Shown in pieces: positions 6,929 through 15,347 of a DNA stretch of 25,764 bases. The position numbers and the translations under genes were made by a program. Position 1 is the first letter of the stretch, and each line of letters begins with the position of its first letter. The notes beneath the pieces were generated by a model, which worked only from the letters and a program-made list of their open reading frames with translations, was not told where the DNA came from and made no database searches. The stretch spans positions 1 to 25,764 of IMG/VR virus record IMGVR_UViG_3300042566_000740; one strand, given 5' to 3'. This DNA is from a virus. Lineage: Duplodnaviria; Caudoviricetes.

Positions 6929-7115
6929 TAGTATTGTTGAATCGGTTGTACAGAAATTTAAACAACGTTCTGAAATAGGAATAAAAAAATACGGTAAAAC
7001 ACTTGACAGAAATGATTTAAACTTTATTGAATGGGTTAATCATTTGCAAGAAGAACTTATGGATGCTATTCTTTATGCTGAAAAATTAAAACAAGATGCT
7101 AAAACTAAATTCTAA
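6912..7115 (+). CDS. Small conserved phage protein, all-alpha NTP-pyrophosphatase-like
   Basis: RSEIGIKKYGKTLDR and WVNHLQEELMDAILY motifs; ATG 6912 preferred as start. Confidence 0.65.
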   Translation: MENLTDSIVESVVQKFKQRSEIGIKKYGKTLDRNDLNFIEWVNHLQEELMDAILYAEKLKQDAKTKF

Positions 7116-7806
7116 TTCTTTAGCCGTTGTAAGGCTACAAATGCAATTAAGACAACTTGACTTCTACAAAGGTTTAATTGATGGGTTTTTTGATGAAACC
7201 GTACGTAACGCTGTAATTGAATTTCAAAAAAAATATCAGTTAGTTCCAGATGGTATTGCAGGACCTAAAACGCTAACGGTTGCTAATACAGTTTGCGCTA
7301 ATGGATTCCATACCTTGTTTTTGCATTGTTCTGCGGGCCCTGAATTTCGCGATGCTAAAGCTGAACAAATAATAGCTATGCACACTTTGCCCGTTGCTAA
7401 AGGCGGCCGCGGATGGTCTAAGCCAGGTTATGCAGATGTTATTGAAACAAGCGGCAAACTTGTAAACATTTGGAAATACAATGAAGATAATTTAATTAAC
7501 GAATGGGAACAAACGTGGGGCGTATTAGGCACAACGCTATTAAATAGAAATGCACGCCACGTTTGCTATATCGGTGGCATGACAGCCGACATGCGAATGC
7601 CAAAAGATACAAGAACACCCGGTCAATTACTTACGATGTATAATTACATTCATGATATTGTAAAGCAGAATCCTAAAATTATTATTGCAGGGCATAACCA
7701 AGTGCAAAATAAAGCATGTCCAAGTTTTGACGTGCCTAAATATTTGGAATCAATAAATATACCTACTTATAATATCGGCCATTGGTCAAGCAAACTAAAA
7801 ATATGA
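7096..7806 (+). CDS. Endolysin: peptidoglycan-binding domain plus N-acetylmuramoyl-L-alanine amidase (Amidase_2/T7-lysozyme type)
   Basis: N-terminal DGFFDETVRNAVIEFQ...LVPDGIAGPKT (PG_binding_1); LHCSA, VCYIGG, GHNQ..KACPSFDV zinc ligands. Confidence 0.9.
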   Translation: MLKLNSNSLAVVRLQMQLRQLDFYKGLIDGFFDETVRNAVIEFQKKYQLVPDGIAGPKTLTVANTVCANGFHTLFLHCSAGPEFRDAKAEQIIAMHTLPVAKGGRGWSKPGYADVIETSGKLVNIWKYNEDNLINEWEQTWGVLGTTLLNRNARHVCYIGGMTADMRMPKDTRTPGQLLTMYNYIHDIVKQNPKIIIAGHNQVQNKACPSFDVPKYLESINIPTYNIGHWSSKLKI

Positions 7807-7979
7807 CACATACAGAGCGACATAGATTAACAAGGCTGTTAAATTATAACAAAGGCTTTCAAGATGCCTTATTATGGATTCAAAATGACCAGCCTTATGA
7901 TGAAGAAATAGAACTAAAATTAGACATTATATTACATAAAATTGAACAAATCGAAAACAGACTAAAGAATGACAAATGA
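7803..7979 (+). CDS. Hypothetical protein
   Basis: ATG 7803 overlaps the endolysin stop (ATGA); 58 aa. Confidence 0.65.
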   Translation: MTHTERHRLTRLLNYNKGFQDALLWIQNDQPYDEEIELKLDIILHKIEQIENRLKNDK

Positions 7980-8367
7980 AGAAAAAAAAGCGGCACTAAT
8001 TGCAAAAGTTGGTGAGCAAAAAGTAAACGAATTGACGCAAAACATTTGGTTGTTATTAGGGGCGTTAAGAACTGCGAAATATGCTATTGCACAGTTCGAA
8101 CCTAATAAGTTGAAATTTGAAATGAAAAAGCGTTTTTTAGATTTGCATACAGCTATAAACCTATTTGTTAATACATTTGAAAAGGCTGCAAATCCTGAAG
8201 AACGAGAATTGCTAAATACAACTTCTTATGAAAACGTTGGCGCCGTTGCTGAATTGATAGCTATGGCAATAACTTTGCCTGAATCGCAGATTGAATGGTA
8301 TTTGGATGAATGTAAAAAATTAACTTATGTAGCTTTTAATAGGTCCCAGGATGAATTGCGTAGTTGA
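7969..8367 (+). CDS. Hypothetical alpha-helical protein
   Basis: 132-aa ORF overlapping its neighbours. Confidence 0.75.
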   Translation: MTNEEKKAALIAKVGEQKVNELTQNIWLLLGALRTAKYAIAQFEPNKLKFEMKKRFLDLHTAINLFVNTFEKAANPEERELLNTTSYENVGAVAELIAMAITLPESQIEWYLDECKKLTYVAFNRSQDELRS

Positions 8368-8746
8368 ATCAGTCAATAAGCTATTTAATATTGATGTCAG
8401 TAAGTTTCCTGAACGCGAAGTAGGTTATGCAATGTGCGATATTCAGCGAATGATACCTTTGGAATATTCTGTTTGGATTGTTTACGCTAATCACACTAAA
8501 TGTATAAACTTTGATCTACTTAAGCAGCTGCCTAAATCCGAAAATTACATACCTTTATTTTTGTTTAAATCAATTATGTCAAGCCGATATAATTTGCATT
8601 GTGAATTTGCTTTATATGACCGTAATACTGTCAATATAGACGGCAAAGAATATGACGCGGATGAATACTTTAAACAGAACAAAATAATTCAAGTGGCGGC
8701 AATTATTCAATATGACACACATAAAATACTAAGCATCCTAAAATGA
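8351..8746 (+). CDS. Hypothetical protein
   Basis: 131-aa ORF; contains the only GATC I found in the window. Confidence 0.7.
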   Translation: MNCVVESVNKLFNIDVSKFPEREVGYAMCDIQRMIPLEYSVWIVYANHTKCINFDLLKQLPKSENYIPLFLFKSIMSSRYNLHCEFALYDRNTVNIDGKEYDADEYFKQNKIIQVAAIIQYDTHKILSILK

Positions 8747-8919
8747 AAAATTTACCGACATTTGAAGAAACTTTTGAACGGCAATTATTTGAAGCTGGCG
8801 AAAACAAAAAGTTTTATAATAACGGCTACATAATAGTAAATGAATTATGGCTTAGAAACTTTCACAAGTTAGCACAAACAGAAAAACCGCTGCCCAAAAA
8901 AGACAGCGGCCACACATGA
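8743..8919 (+). CDS. Hypothetical protein (58 aa), last gene of the + arm
   Basis: MKNLPTFEETFERQLFEAGENKKFYNNGYIIVNELWLRNFHKLAQTEKPLPKKDSGHT*; ATGA-coupled; not in the track. Confidence 0.6.
   Translation: MKNLPTFEETFERQLFEAGENKKFYNNGYIIVNELWLRNFHKLAQTEKPLPKKDSGHT
8882..8910 (-). terminator. Terminator of the virion operon
   Basis: On the - strand CCGCTGTCT-loop-GGGCAGCGG (9 bp with G-U pairs) followed by TTTTT, about 35 nt after the holin stop. Confidence 0.7.
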
Positions 8920-8944
8920 AAACACAAAAGAGCAAAACAGTAAT

Positions 8945-9406
8945 TTATTCGCCTGCAGGTTTATCACTTGCAGGTTTTTTTAGCATATCTTTAGGATTTG
9001 GAATAAAGCCTTTAAAGTAACCGATAATGTCCACGCCTGTTGTTTGTGAAACGTTTTCAAAAATTGATTTTAGTTCAATACCACAAACAAACATAGCAAC
9101 GTAATAACTAAGCGTAAATTCTAAGTCTAACATCCATGTAAAAACTTGACTACTTATAATTGCTAAACAATAGTCATTCATTTTATTTATTGTACGTCTA
9201 AAACCGCGCGACTGTATTTTTTCGCCAAGTGCTTTTGCTTTACGAACACCTGTTAAAAAGTCTACTAATAACAAAAATGATAGGCAAATAATAAGCGGCT
9301 TTAAAATAAAAAGTTGCTGTTTAATTTCTGGCAATACTTTCATAAAAAAGTTAAGCGAATCAGATGCAATACGTAACGAATCGGCGGTAATAGTCAGGGA
9401 ATCCAT
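8945..9406 (-). CDS. Holin (Phage_holin_4_1-like)
   Basis: LLVDFLTGVRKA...IQSRGFRRTINK...IELKSIFEN pattern with hydrophobic segments. Confidence 0.82.
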   Translation of the reverse strand: MDSLTITADSLRIASDSLNFFMKVLPEIKQQLFILKPLIICLSFLLLVDFLTGVRKAKALGEKIQSRGFRRTINKMNDYCLAIISSQVFTWMLDLEFTLSYYVAMFVCGIELKSIFENVSQTTGVDIIGYFKGFIPNPKDMLKKPASDKPAGE

Positions 9407-9894
9407 TATGAGATTTTAATATAACGTGAAATAATAACCGCTGTTGGTGTACCTATGAAGATATACCACCACGGCAGGGGAACAAATATAATAAAGAATG
9501 TAAATGTAAATAGTGACACCCATGTTCCAAAACAAATAGGGCAGGCGCCAAGCATTGACCAAGGGTTATTTTTCATATTGTTTTCGACATCATTATAAAC
9601 GTGTTCAACTTGCTGCAAATAGTCTTTGTAAATACTATCTGCTTGTTCAGCTGTTTTATTTTGTAGTTGACCATTTAATTGAATATCACGTTTTATTTTC
9701 CACGCGTTATATTTTGCCCAAACGCGGTTTTTTTCTTTCTGTTCAAAGTCTAAGTAGCGTTTAGAAATAAACTTGCCATAAGCCGAAAATATACGGCCTG
9801 TATAATATTCGCCCTGCACAGGCGAACCGATGCAATAATGCAAAAACTTAATTATGCAGGCTGCAAATATTGAAAGTGTTATAAGGGATAGCAT
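9406..9894 (-). CDS. Membrane protein with CPxC motif (DUF1360-like), adjacent to holin
   Basis: N-terminal TM segment, soluble helical middle, LGACPICFGTW followed by two TM segments. Confidence 0.55.
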   Translation of the reverse strand: MLSLITLSIFAACIIKFLHYCIGSPVQGEYYTGRIFSAYGKFISKRYLDFEQKEKNRVWAKYNAWKIKRDIQLNGQLQNKTAEQADSIYKDYLQQVEHVYNDVENNMKNNPWSMLGACPICFGTWVSLFTFTFFIIFVPLPWWYIFIGTPTAVIISRYIKIS

Positions 9895-9895
9895 A

Positions 9896-10198
9896 TTAGT
9901 CTACGATTGCAGCGTTATATCCTAATTCAGTAAATACTGTTTGCATGTACAAAAGTGCAACTTCTAAAGATTGCGTTTCTGTTTCCAAAATCACAAAATC
10001 ATAAGGTATATTCATAATATCGGTTGCTATTTCTTTACCTGCTAAAAAACTATCATGATTAAGATAAGTTTTGTAGGTAACTGATAATGACCCATCCAAA
10101 TTACATGTAAAAACAATGCGAACATAAATAGAATTTAGTTCTATTTCTGTGCCTTTAACGTTTATTTGTGTAGTGTTTTTTGTAAGTAGTAAACCCAT
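9896..10198 (-). CDS. Hypothetical protein, possible fibre chaperone/assembly factor
   Basis: 100 aa, immediately downstream of the fibre gene; function inferred from position only. Confidence 0.55.
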   Translation of the reverse strand: MGLLLTKNTTQINVKGTEIELNSIYVRIVFTCNLDGSLSVTYKTYLNHDSFLAGKEIATDIMNIPYDFVILETETQSLEVALLYMQTVFTELGYNAAIVD

Positions 10199-10199
10199 T

Positions 10200-12086
10200 T
10201 TAGTCTATACGTTTATATTTTAAAATTGAACCTTTCCAAGTGCGAGCAACGCTACCTGTACCAGAAATAATTGAAAATTGTAATTTTAATGTTGCATTAG
10301 CTGAAGCATAAAATCCAAAATCAGCAGTTGTGGTAATTATGCCACTATTAACAGGTATTGTGCCTCCAATTTGACCTATTTGAACATTGTTAGTATTTGC
10401 AGCAGTTAAAGCACTTAATACTGTTTGAGTTGCTACATTTGTTGAATTTCTATGAAAAGCATTTCCAATACCATTTATAGTGCCTGCACTTACTGCAAAT
10501 CTATATTGATAATCATTAACACTACTACTTGCACTTGTAGCTAAAATAACTTGTAACATATAATTTCCAGCCGCAACTACTGAAAACTGCAACTCAGTAT
10601 CATCTGTTAATGTTGATGTTGAAACATCCTGATTAGCTGATTTAACAATAACTGTCCATCCTTCAGGATTAGAAATTGTAAATGTTCTATTTGCGCTTAA
10701 ATCTTGCGTACTTCCATTTATTGTAAGTGTTCTCGTTTGAGGAACAGGAGTAAAACCAAGGGCATTCTGTTTATTATTAAATATAGTCCAATCTGAACTA
10801 CTTAAAAATCCATTAGTCGAACCGTTAGCTTGACTTATACTTAACGTTCTATCGGCTGTTAAATCACCACCACCGCTTAAAGGCGAAGTTGTATTTATAA
10901 GCCTTGCAGCACTTGCAGGCGTATAACCTAAAACCGTTGCAATGCTTTTCTTTTCCCATAGTTGAGTAGCAGTATTAAAAAATATTCCATCTTTATCCGC
11001 TGGGCTTTGTGCTGCTACATTATGCAATTCGTCAAGTTCATATCCATTCTGCACCCTGACATACATACGACCTGCATTACCATTACTTGCAGTAGTTACA
11101 ACACCTAAATAAACCAAATGATTAGGGGCGTAAGGTTTAACATTTGTTATGCTGCCTGCTGTAGCACCTAAATAAATAGTATCGCCATCGGAAAAAGTTG
11201 AAGTTGGCAAGATGCTTAAATTATCTAATAAGCCTTGCATCATTATAATGCCTTTTTGATTTACGCCTATTGAAGTAGATAATACTAAACCAACTGTTTG
11301 TGCGGATGTTGCATCAGTTGAATTATTAGCCCTTTTAACGGTCATTCTATCCCCCGTACCACCAAAAGCATAAACGGGCATTCCTTTAGTTAATGTAACA
11401 CTATCAGCATTAGTTACATAAGAAAATAAAGCATTTGAAGTAGTGCCGATACATTGAAAACCGTTAATAGTAGAATTATAAACGCATAGCATTTCAGCTC
11501 CTGCCCAAATATCACCACCAATTACAGCGCCGTCATTATTTCTATATAGTGTTTTTGCGCCAAGGCTATTAACATTTAGCGTGGCAGTAGTTGTATTGCC
11601 ATTAGGAAACCTAATTAAATATGCATCCCCATCGGCATAAGATGTTACACCTGTTAATGATACTGTATAAGTATCAGTTCCCGATGCTGTGCCATGCAAA
11701 ATACCGCCACCGCCTGCAAAAGTTGATAATTCATCAATTGCATCTTGTACATTTGTTGAAATTAAACCCGAAGTACTATTATCATAATTGACATCAATAG
11801 CGTCAATCGTTTCGGTCATTTCAAAAAAAAAATCAGTCGCTAAAATATCAGCAAGGTCAGCACATGAACCTGAAAAAGGTATTGCAGCGGCTGGCAAAAC
11901 TTGTGTATTAGCTACTAAATTTGGGTCGAAAAACTCAAAATTATCATTATTTTGAACAACTCTTAAATTGCTATTTGTATCGCAGTGCATTTCAATAATT
12001 GCAGGCGATAAGCTGAAAAGAAAATCACCCGAAGTATTGTCATAAATTGCGACATTGCCATTTAAAAGTTTTACAATATTTATCAT
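10200..12086 (-). CDS. Tail fibre / receptor-binding protein (mosaic)
   Basis: G/S/T/N-rich; fibre modules GTASGTDTY...NTTTATLNVNSLGAK, YELDELHNV, PLSGGGDLTADRTLSI, LSSSDWTIFNNKQ, RTLTINGSTQDLSANRT. Confidence 0.78.
   Translation of the reverse strand: MINIVKLLNGNVAIYDNTSGDFLFSLSPAIIEMHCDTNSNLRVVQNNDNFEFFDPNLVANTQVLPAAAIPFSGSCADLADILATDFFFEMTETIDAIDVNYDNSTSGLISTNVQDAIDELSTFAGGGGILHGTASGTDTYTVSLTGVTSYADGDAYLIRFPNGNTTTATLNVNSLGAKTLYRNNDGAVIGGDIWAGAEMLCVYNSTINGFQCIGTTSNALFSYVTNADSVTLTKGMPVYAFGGTGDRMTVKRANNSTDATSAQTVGLVLSTSIGVNQKGIIMMQGLLDNLSILPTSTFSDGDTIYLGATAGSITNVKPYAPNHLVYLGVVTTASNGNAGRMYVRVQNGYELDELHNVAAQSPADKDGIFFNTATQLWEKKSIATVLGYTPASAARLINTTSPLSGGGDLTADRTLSISQANGSTNGFLSSSDWTIFNNKQNALGFTPVPQTRTLTINGSTQDLSANRTFTISNPEGWTVIVKSANQDVSTSTLTDDTELQFSVVAAGNYMLQVILATSASSSVNDYQYRFAVSAGTINGIGNAFHRNSTNVATQTVLSALTAANTNNVQIGQIGGTIPVNSGIITTTADFGFYASANATLKLQFSIISGTGSVARTWKGSILKYKRID
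11823..11832 (-). repeat. T10 homopolymer (A10 on +) inside the fibre gene
   Basis: GAT TTT TTT TTT GAA ATG at codons 85-90. Confidence 0.9.
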
Positions 12087-12421
12087 AAGTTTATTTCAGT
12101 ATTATATAATCCTACTTTAGTGCTAAATTCAATGCAATCGTATTCAATGCCATCTTTTTCGATGTTTACAATTTCACCACTTGGCGAAATTATTTGACCT
12201 GTGTATGTGTAGTTTTCGTTTAAGTTTGGCATATCAAAAATAATAGCATCACCATCTTTTACATCTATAAAATATGTAATAGAAATAGAACCAAATGTTA
12301 ATATTAAATACCATCTACCTTCAGTTATTGCATCTGCTTTAATGCCAGTATCAAATACAGCATTACAACTATTAATGCAGCCCAAAATTAACGTATTTTC
12401 ACAACAATTACAACAAGCCAT
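12083..12421 (-). CDS. Putative virion protein with Cys-rich N-terminus
   Basis: MACCNCCENTLILGCINSC; beta-rich; within the structural operon. Confidence 0.65.
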   Translation of the reverse strand: MACCNCCENTLILGCINSCNAVFDTGIKADAITEGRWYLILTFGSISITYFIDVKDGDAIIFDMPNLNENYTYTGQIISPSGEIVNIEKDGIEYDCIEFSTKVGLYNTEINL

Positions 12422-12443
12422 ATATATAAAGTTACAAGTTTTT

Positions 12444-12474
12444 AAAATAACGGGGCTATTTATTCCAAGCCCCG
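12444..12474 (-). terminator. Intrinsic terminator-like hairpin
   Basis: CGGGGCT-loop-AGCCCCG followed by TTATTTT on the - strand. Confidence 0.65.
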
Positions 12475-12519
12475 ACTAATTGCCCCAAGGTAGCGAAATT
12501 TGGCGGCATAGTGAATCTT

Positions 12520-13392
12520 TTATACAATTATTATACTATTACTCATTACGCTTGATGAGCCTATTACATTAGTAGCGGTTACCTCGCAGATTATTTTTGT
12601 TCCTAAATCAGCTAATACAGTTGTATATTGATTATTTATTTCGCCTTTAATATTTATTCCATTTCTTTTCCATTGATAAGTGTATGTTATTGGCGTTATA
12701 CTTGTCCAAGTTCCATTATCAATAACTTCTAATTTAGAATTAACAATATCATTACCATCTATTTTTGGTAAAATTGTATTAACTGGTAATCCTGTATTTG
12801 GTTGCGGTTTATAACTATCTGTGCATATAGCAAACGGTTTGCATTTTTCTGTAAGACTAAAATCATAACGTAATTCAAAATCTAAACTAACTATTTGCAT
12901 CAAACTTAATAATGTTTTAGGGTCTTTGCCCGTTTCAGCTGCGTAAACAGTCCATGGTAATATTTCATTTGATACCGGGAACAAGCGCGGATTAACTATA
13001 GCGTATTGCCATTGAATGCCTTTAAAATTCGCACCGTATAGCGCAAACTTAACCGAATCTAACAACATACGCGGGTCAGCGCAAAGATGCCAAAAAACTA
13101 ATTTAAATGGAACACGCACATCAAGTTCGATACCACAACTTCCCCTTTTAGTATTCGCTGCTTTTCGTACTTCTGAAATAGTACCATTAGTACGGATATA
13201 ATAGCCCGTTCCCGAGGTATCTGTGATGCCAACATAATTACGGTGTCCATTTTGTGTAACATTCAAAGTAACAACCTGACCAGCAGTATCTTTTACAGCA
13301 ATGCCATTACCGTTTACGTTTACATTTACGGCTGCCATTGCAATATCAATCTGCTTAATTAGTTCGGTTATTATGTTTTGTGTTACGTACAT
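12520..13392 (-). CDS. Putative neck/tail-terminator protein with C-terminal Ig-like domain
   Basis: C-terminal PVNTILPKIDG...GTWT...YTYQWKRNG...YTTVLADLG..IICEVTATN is an Ig-like pattern; the N-terminal role is inferred from position. Confidence 0.55.
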   Translation of the reverse strand: MYVTQNIITELIKQIDIAMAAVNVNVNGNGIAVKDTAGQVVTLNVTQNGHRNYVGITDTSGTGYYIRTNGTISEVRKAANTKRGSCGIELDVRVPFKLVFWHLCADPRMLLDSVKFALYGANFKGIQWQYAIVNPRLFPVSNEILPWTVYAAETGKDPKTLLSLMQIVSLDFELRYDFSLTEKCKPFAICTDSYKPQPNTGLPVNTILPKIDGNDIVNSKLEVIDNGTWTSITPITYTYQWKRNGINIKGEINNQYTTVLADLGTKIICEVTATNVIGSSSVMSNSIIIV

Positions 13393-13958
13393 TATAGTAA
13401 ATCGATTTCTTCTAAAATTGCTAATAGTTCATTTCGTGCGGCTACTTCGCCTATTTCGCGTTCATCTGTTGAAACGGTTGAAATATCTTTTCCGAAACGT
13501 GCTTCATTTGTTTCCATTATACCTGCTAATTCATCATTAGTATAAGTAATAGCGCTAACAGTTCCGCTTTCAGTTACTTTAATACTTTCAAATAATGAAC
13601 CGCTAAAATTTAAATCTACCTTGTCTGATTGTCGGCCCGTTAAATTACGTAATTCAGCATAACCCTTTGTTAAATATTTAGTTTTATGCGGATTTCCATT
13701 TTTAAAAACTATATCACCGTTTTTACCTTCTGGCTTTATGCCGCCTGCTGAAACAGTTGTCAAACTTAACGGATTTATATAAAATGGATTAACTGAATAT
13801 TGACCTATTGCACTACCACTTGAATCTAAACCATCAAAAAATATCCTTTGTTTATATTCTGCAATAACTTGAATAGCGGCAACCTGCGAAATTCTACGGG
13901 CCGTGTTGTCATTATTTACAACTTCTGATAATATTTCTAAACGTTCAGATAAAGTCAT
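13392..13958 (-). CDS. Putative neck / tail-completion (virion morphogenesis-like) protein
   Basis: GYAELRNLTGRQSDKVDLNFSGSLFESI motif; position after the head genes. Confidence 0.55.
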   Translation of the reverse strand: MTLSERLEILSEVVNNDNTARRISQVAAIQVIAEYKQRIFFDGLDSSGSAIGQYSVNPFYINPLSLTTVSAGGIKPEGKNGDIVFKNGNPHKTKYLTKGYAELRNLTGRQSDKVDLNFSGSLFESIKVTESGTVSAITYTNDELAGIMETNEARFGKDISTVSTDEREIGEVAARNELLAILEEIDLL

Positions 13959-14938
13959 TAGCCTGGGAACATTGGATACATTCTCAATCTTGGTTCACAT
14001 CTATAGCAAAAGCGGTCAGATTCTAATAACTGAATAATATTATCAATTTCGTTATCTAAGGCCTCAATACTTGCATTCTCCCATTCACCTATTTTAACAT
14101 TAGCCCACTCGTTACCATGTGTTTTTATTAGGTTCAAACGGTTATTAGGCGATACCCATTCTTTTAAAATTTGCACGCCTGTTTGATACAAAATTGCCAT
14201 ACCTAAACGGTCCAAAAACTGACAGATAATATCAGTATCGACACAATCGACACGTACACACGCGCCTAAATAACCCGAAGGCTGCGCACTAACACCGTTC
14301 CAACCTTCTACATTTAACACATTATCGCCGCAAGGTTTGCAATTAAATACTTGATTGCATGTGTATAAATAAGGTGCTATATTAGTAGTGTCAATTGTTA
14401 TTAACAATACATCTTCATTAAATGATTTCTTAACAAAAATGTGCATTTCAGTATCGGCATAACAAGTAACAGCTTGTTGAAATAATTTATTACCTACAAA
14501 ATCGGTAACATAAACTGCCGCAGTACCATTTACCGTACTTTTAAAACGTACTGAATCGACAAAAATACGGCTTTGAGGACTATCAATCCATTTCTTAGAT
14601 ACCTTTATTCCACGATTTACAGCTACGGGAATATCAGATATATTTGAAACACCGCAAACAGTATATAAATTACCAATGCTGTTTAGCTTTATGCCACGCG
14701 CATTTAAAACGGCTTTTAAACGTTTTTCAACTATATCGGCCGCAAAGTACATTTTTTCGCGAACCGTTGCCGTTGCTGATATTAAAGCCTCACTACTAAC
14801 AGCGGCTACATTATTTATAGTTAATCCTTCAAGATTTTCTAAATAATAGCCCGAAGTCGGAACTGTATCATTTGGATAACAGCCGTTAAGCGATATGATA
14901 TAATTATCTAAGCAATTAGGTGTATTAAGATTCAGCAT
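13958..14938 (-). CDS. Putative head-tail adaptor / structural protein (Cys-rich)
   Basis: 326 aa, downstream of the capsid gene; several CxxC-like clusters; function inferred from synteny. Confidence 0.5.
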   Translation of the reverse strand: MLNLNTPNCLDNYIISLNGCYPNDTVPTSGYYLENLEGLTINNVAAVSSEALISATATVREKMYFAADIVEKRLKAVLNARGIKLNSIGNLYTVCGVSNISDIPVAVNRGIKVSKKWIDSPQSRIFVDSVRFKSTVNGTAAVYVTDFVGNKLFQQAVTCYADTEMHIFVKKSFNEDVLLITIDTTNIAPYLYTCNQVFNCKPCGDNVLNVEGWNGVSAQPSGYLGACVRVDCVDTDIICQFLDRLGMAILYQTGVQILKEWVSPNNRLNLIKTHGNEWANVKIGEWENASIEALDNEIDNIIQLLESDRFCYRCEPRLRMYPMFPG

Positions 14939-15299
14939 CTATTTGTTTTTTACGACCGCGTTTTTTAGGCTGTTCAGTTTCGGTTATTTCTTCGGCTTCA
15001 AGGGCTTCAATGGTTTCGGTTTCGATGGTTTCGGGTTGTTCGTATTGTTGTACATTTTGTTGAATTTTAACTACTGATAACATACCTTCAGAATAATAAA
15101 CATCCTTTGGGAAATCTTGTTGTTTAACAGCTTTTTCAATAGCCTTGTTTATCTTTTCAGAACCGATTGTTTTTTTCTGATTGCTATAATCAAACAAATA
15201 AATTACATCTTCATTATCGGTTCTTTGCACATTAACAGCGCTGTAATATTTGCGGATAATGTTTAATGCTTCGTTTAATTTTTTACTTTGATTTTTCAT
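14925..15299 (-). CDS. Hypothetical protein with acidic linker and KKRGRKK tail
   Basis: 124 aa; E/T-rich repeat then PKKRGRKK, a type often found right after capsid genes. Confidence 0.65.
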   Translation of the reverse strand: MKNQSKKLNEALNIIRKYYSAVNVQRTDNEDVIYLFDYSNQKKTIGSEKINKAIEKAVKQQDFPKDVYYSEGMLSVVKIQQNVQQYEQPETIETETIEALEAEEITETEQPKKRGRKKQIDAES

Positions 15300-15311
15300 T
15301 GTGTTATATTT

Positions 15312-15334
15312 AAAAAGGGGAGGCGAACCTCCCC
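15312..15334 (-). terminator. Strong intrinsic terminator after the major capsid gene
   Basis: GGGGAGG-TTCG-CCTCCCC followed by TTTTT. Confidence 0.88.
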
Positions 15335-15347
15335 CGAATCATTAAAA

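Noticed and set aside
10200-12086. Diversity-generating retroelement targeting the fibre
   Set aside because: No reverse transcriptase and no template/variable repeat pair differing at adenines seen in the window.
15006-15035. 15-bp tandem duplication (TTCAATGGTTTCGGT / TTCGATGGTTTCGGG)
   Set aside because: Encodes the ETIET repeat in an acidic linker; ordinary coding micro-duplication.
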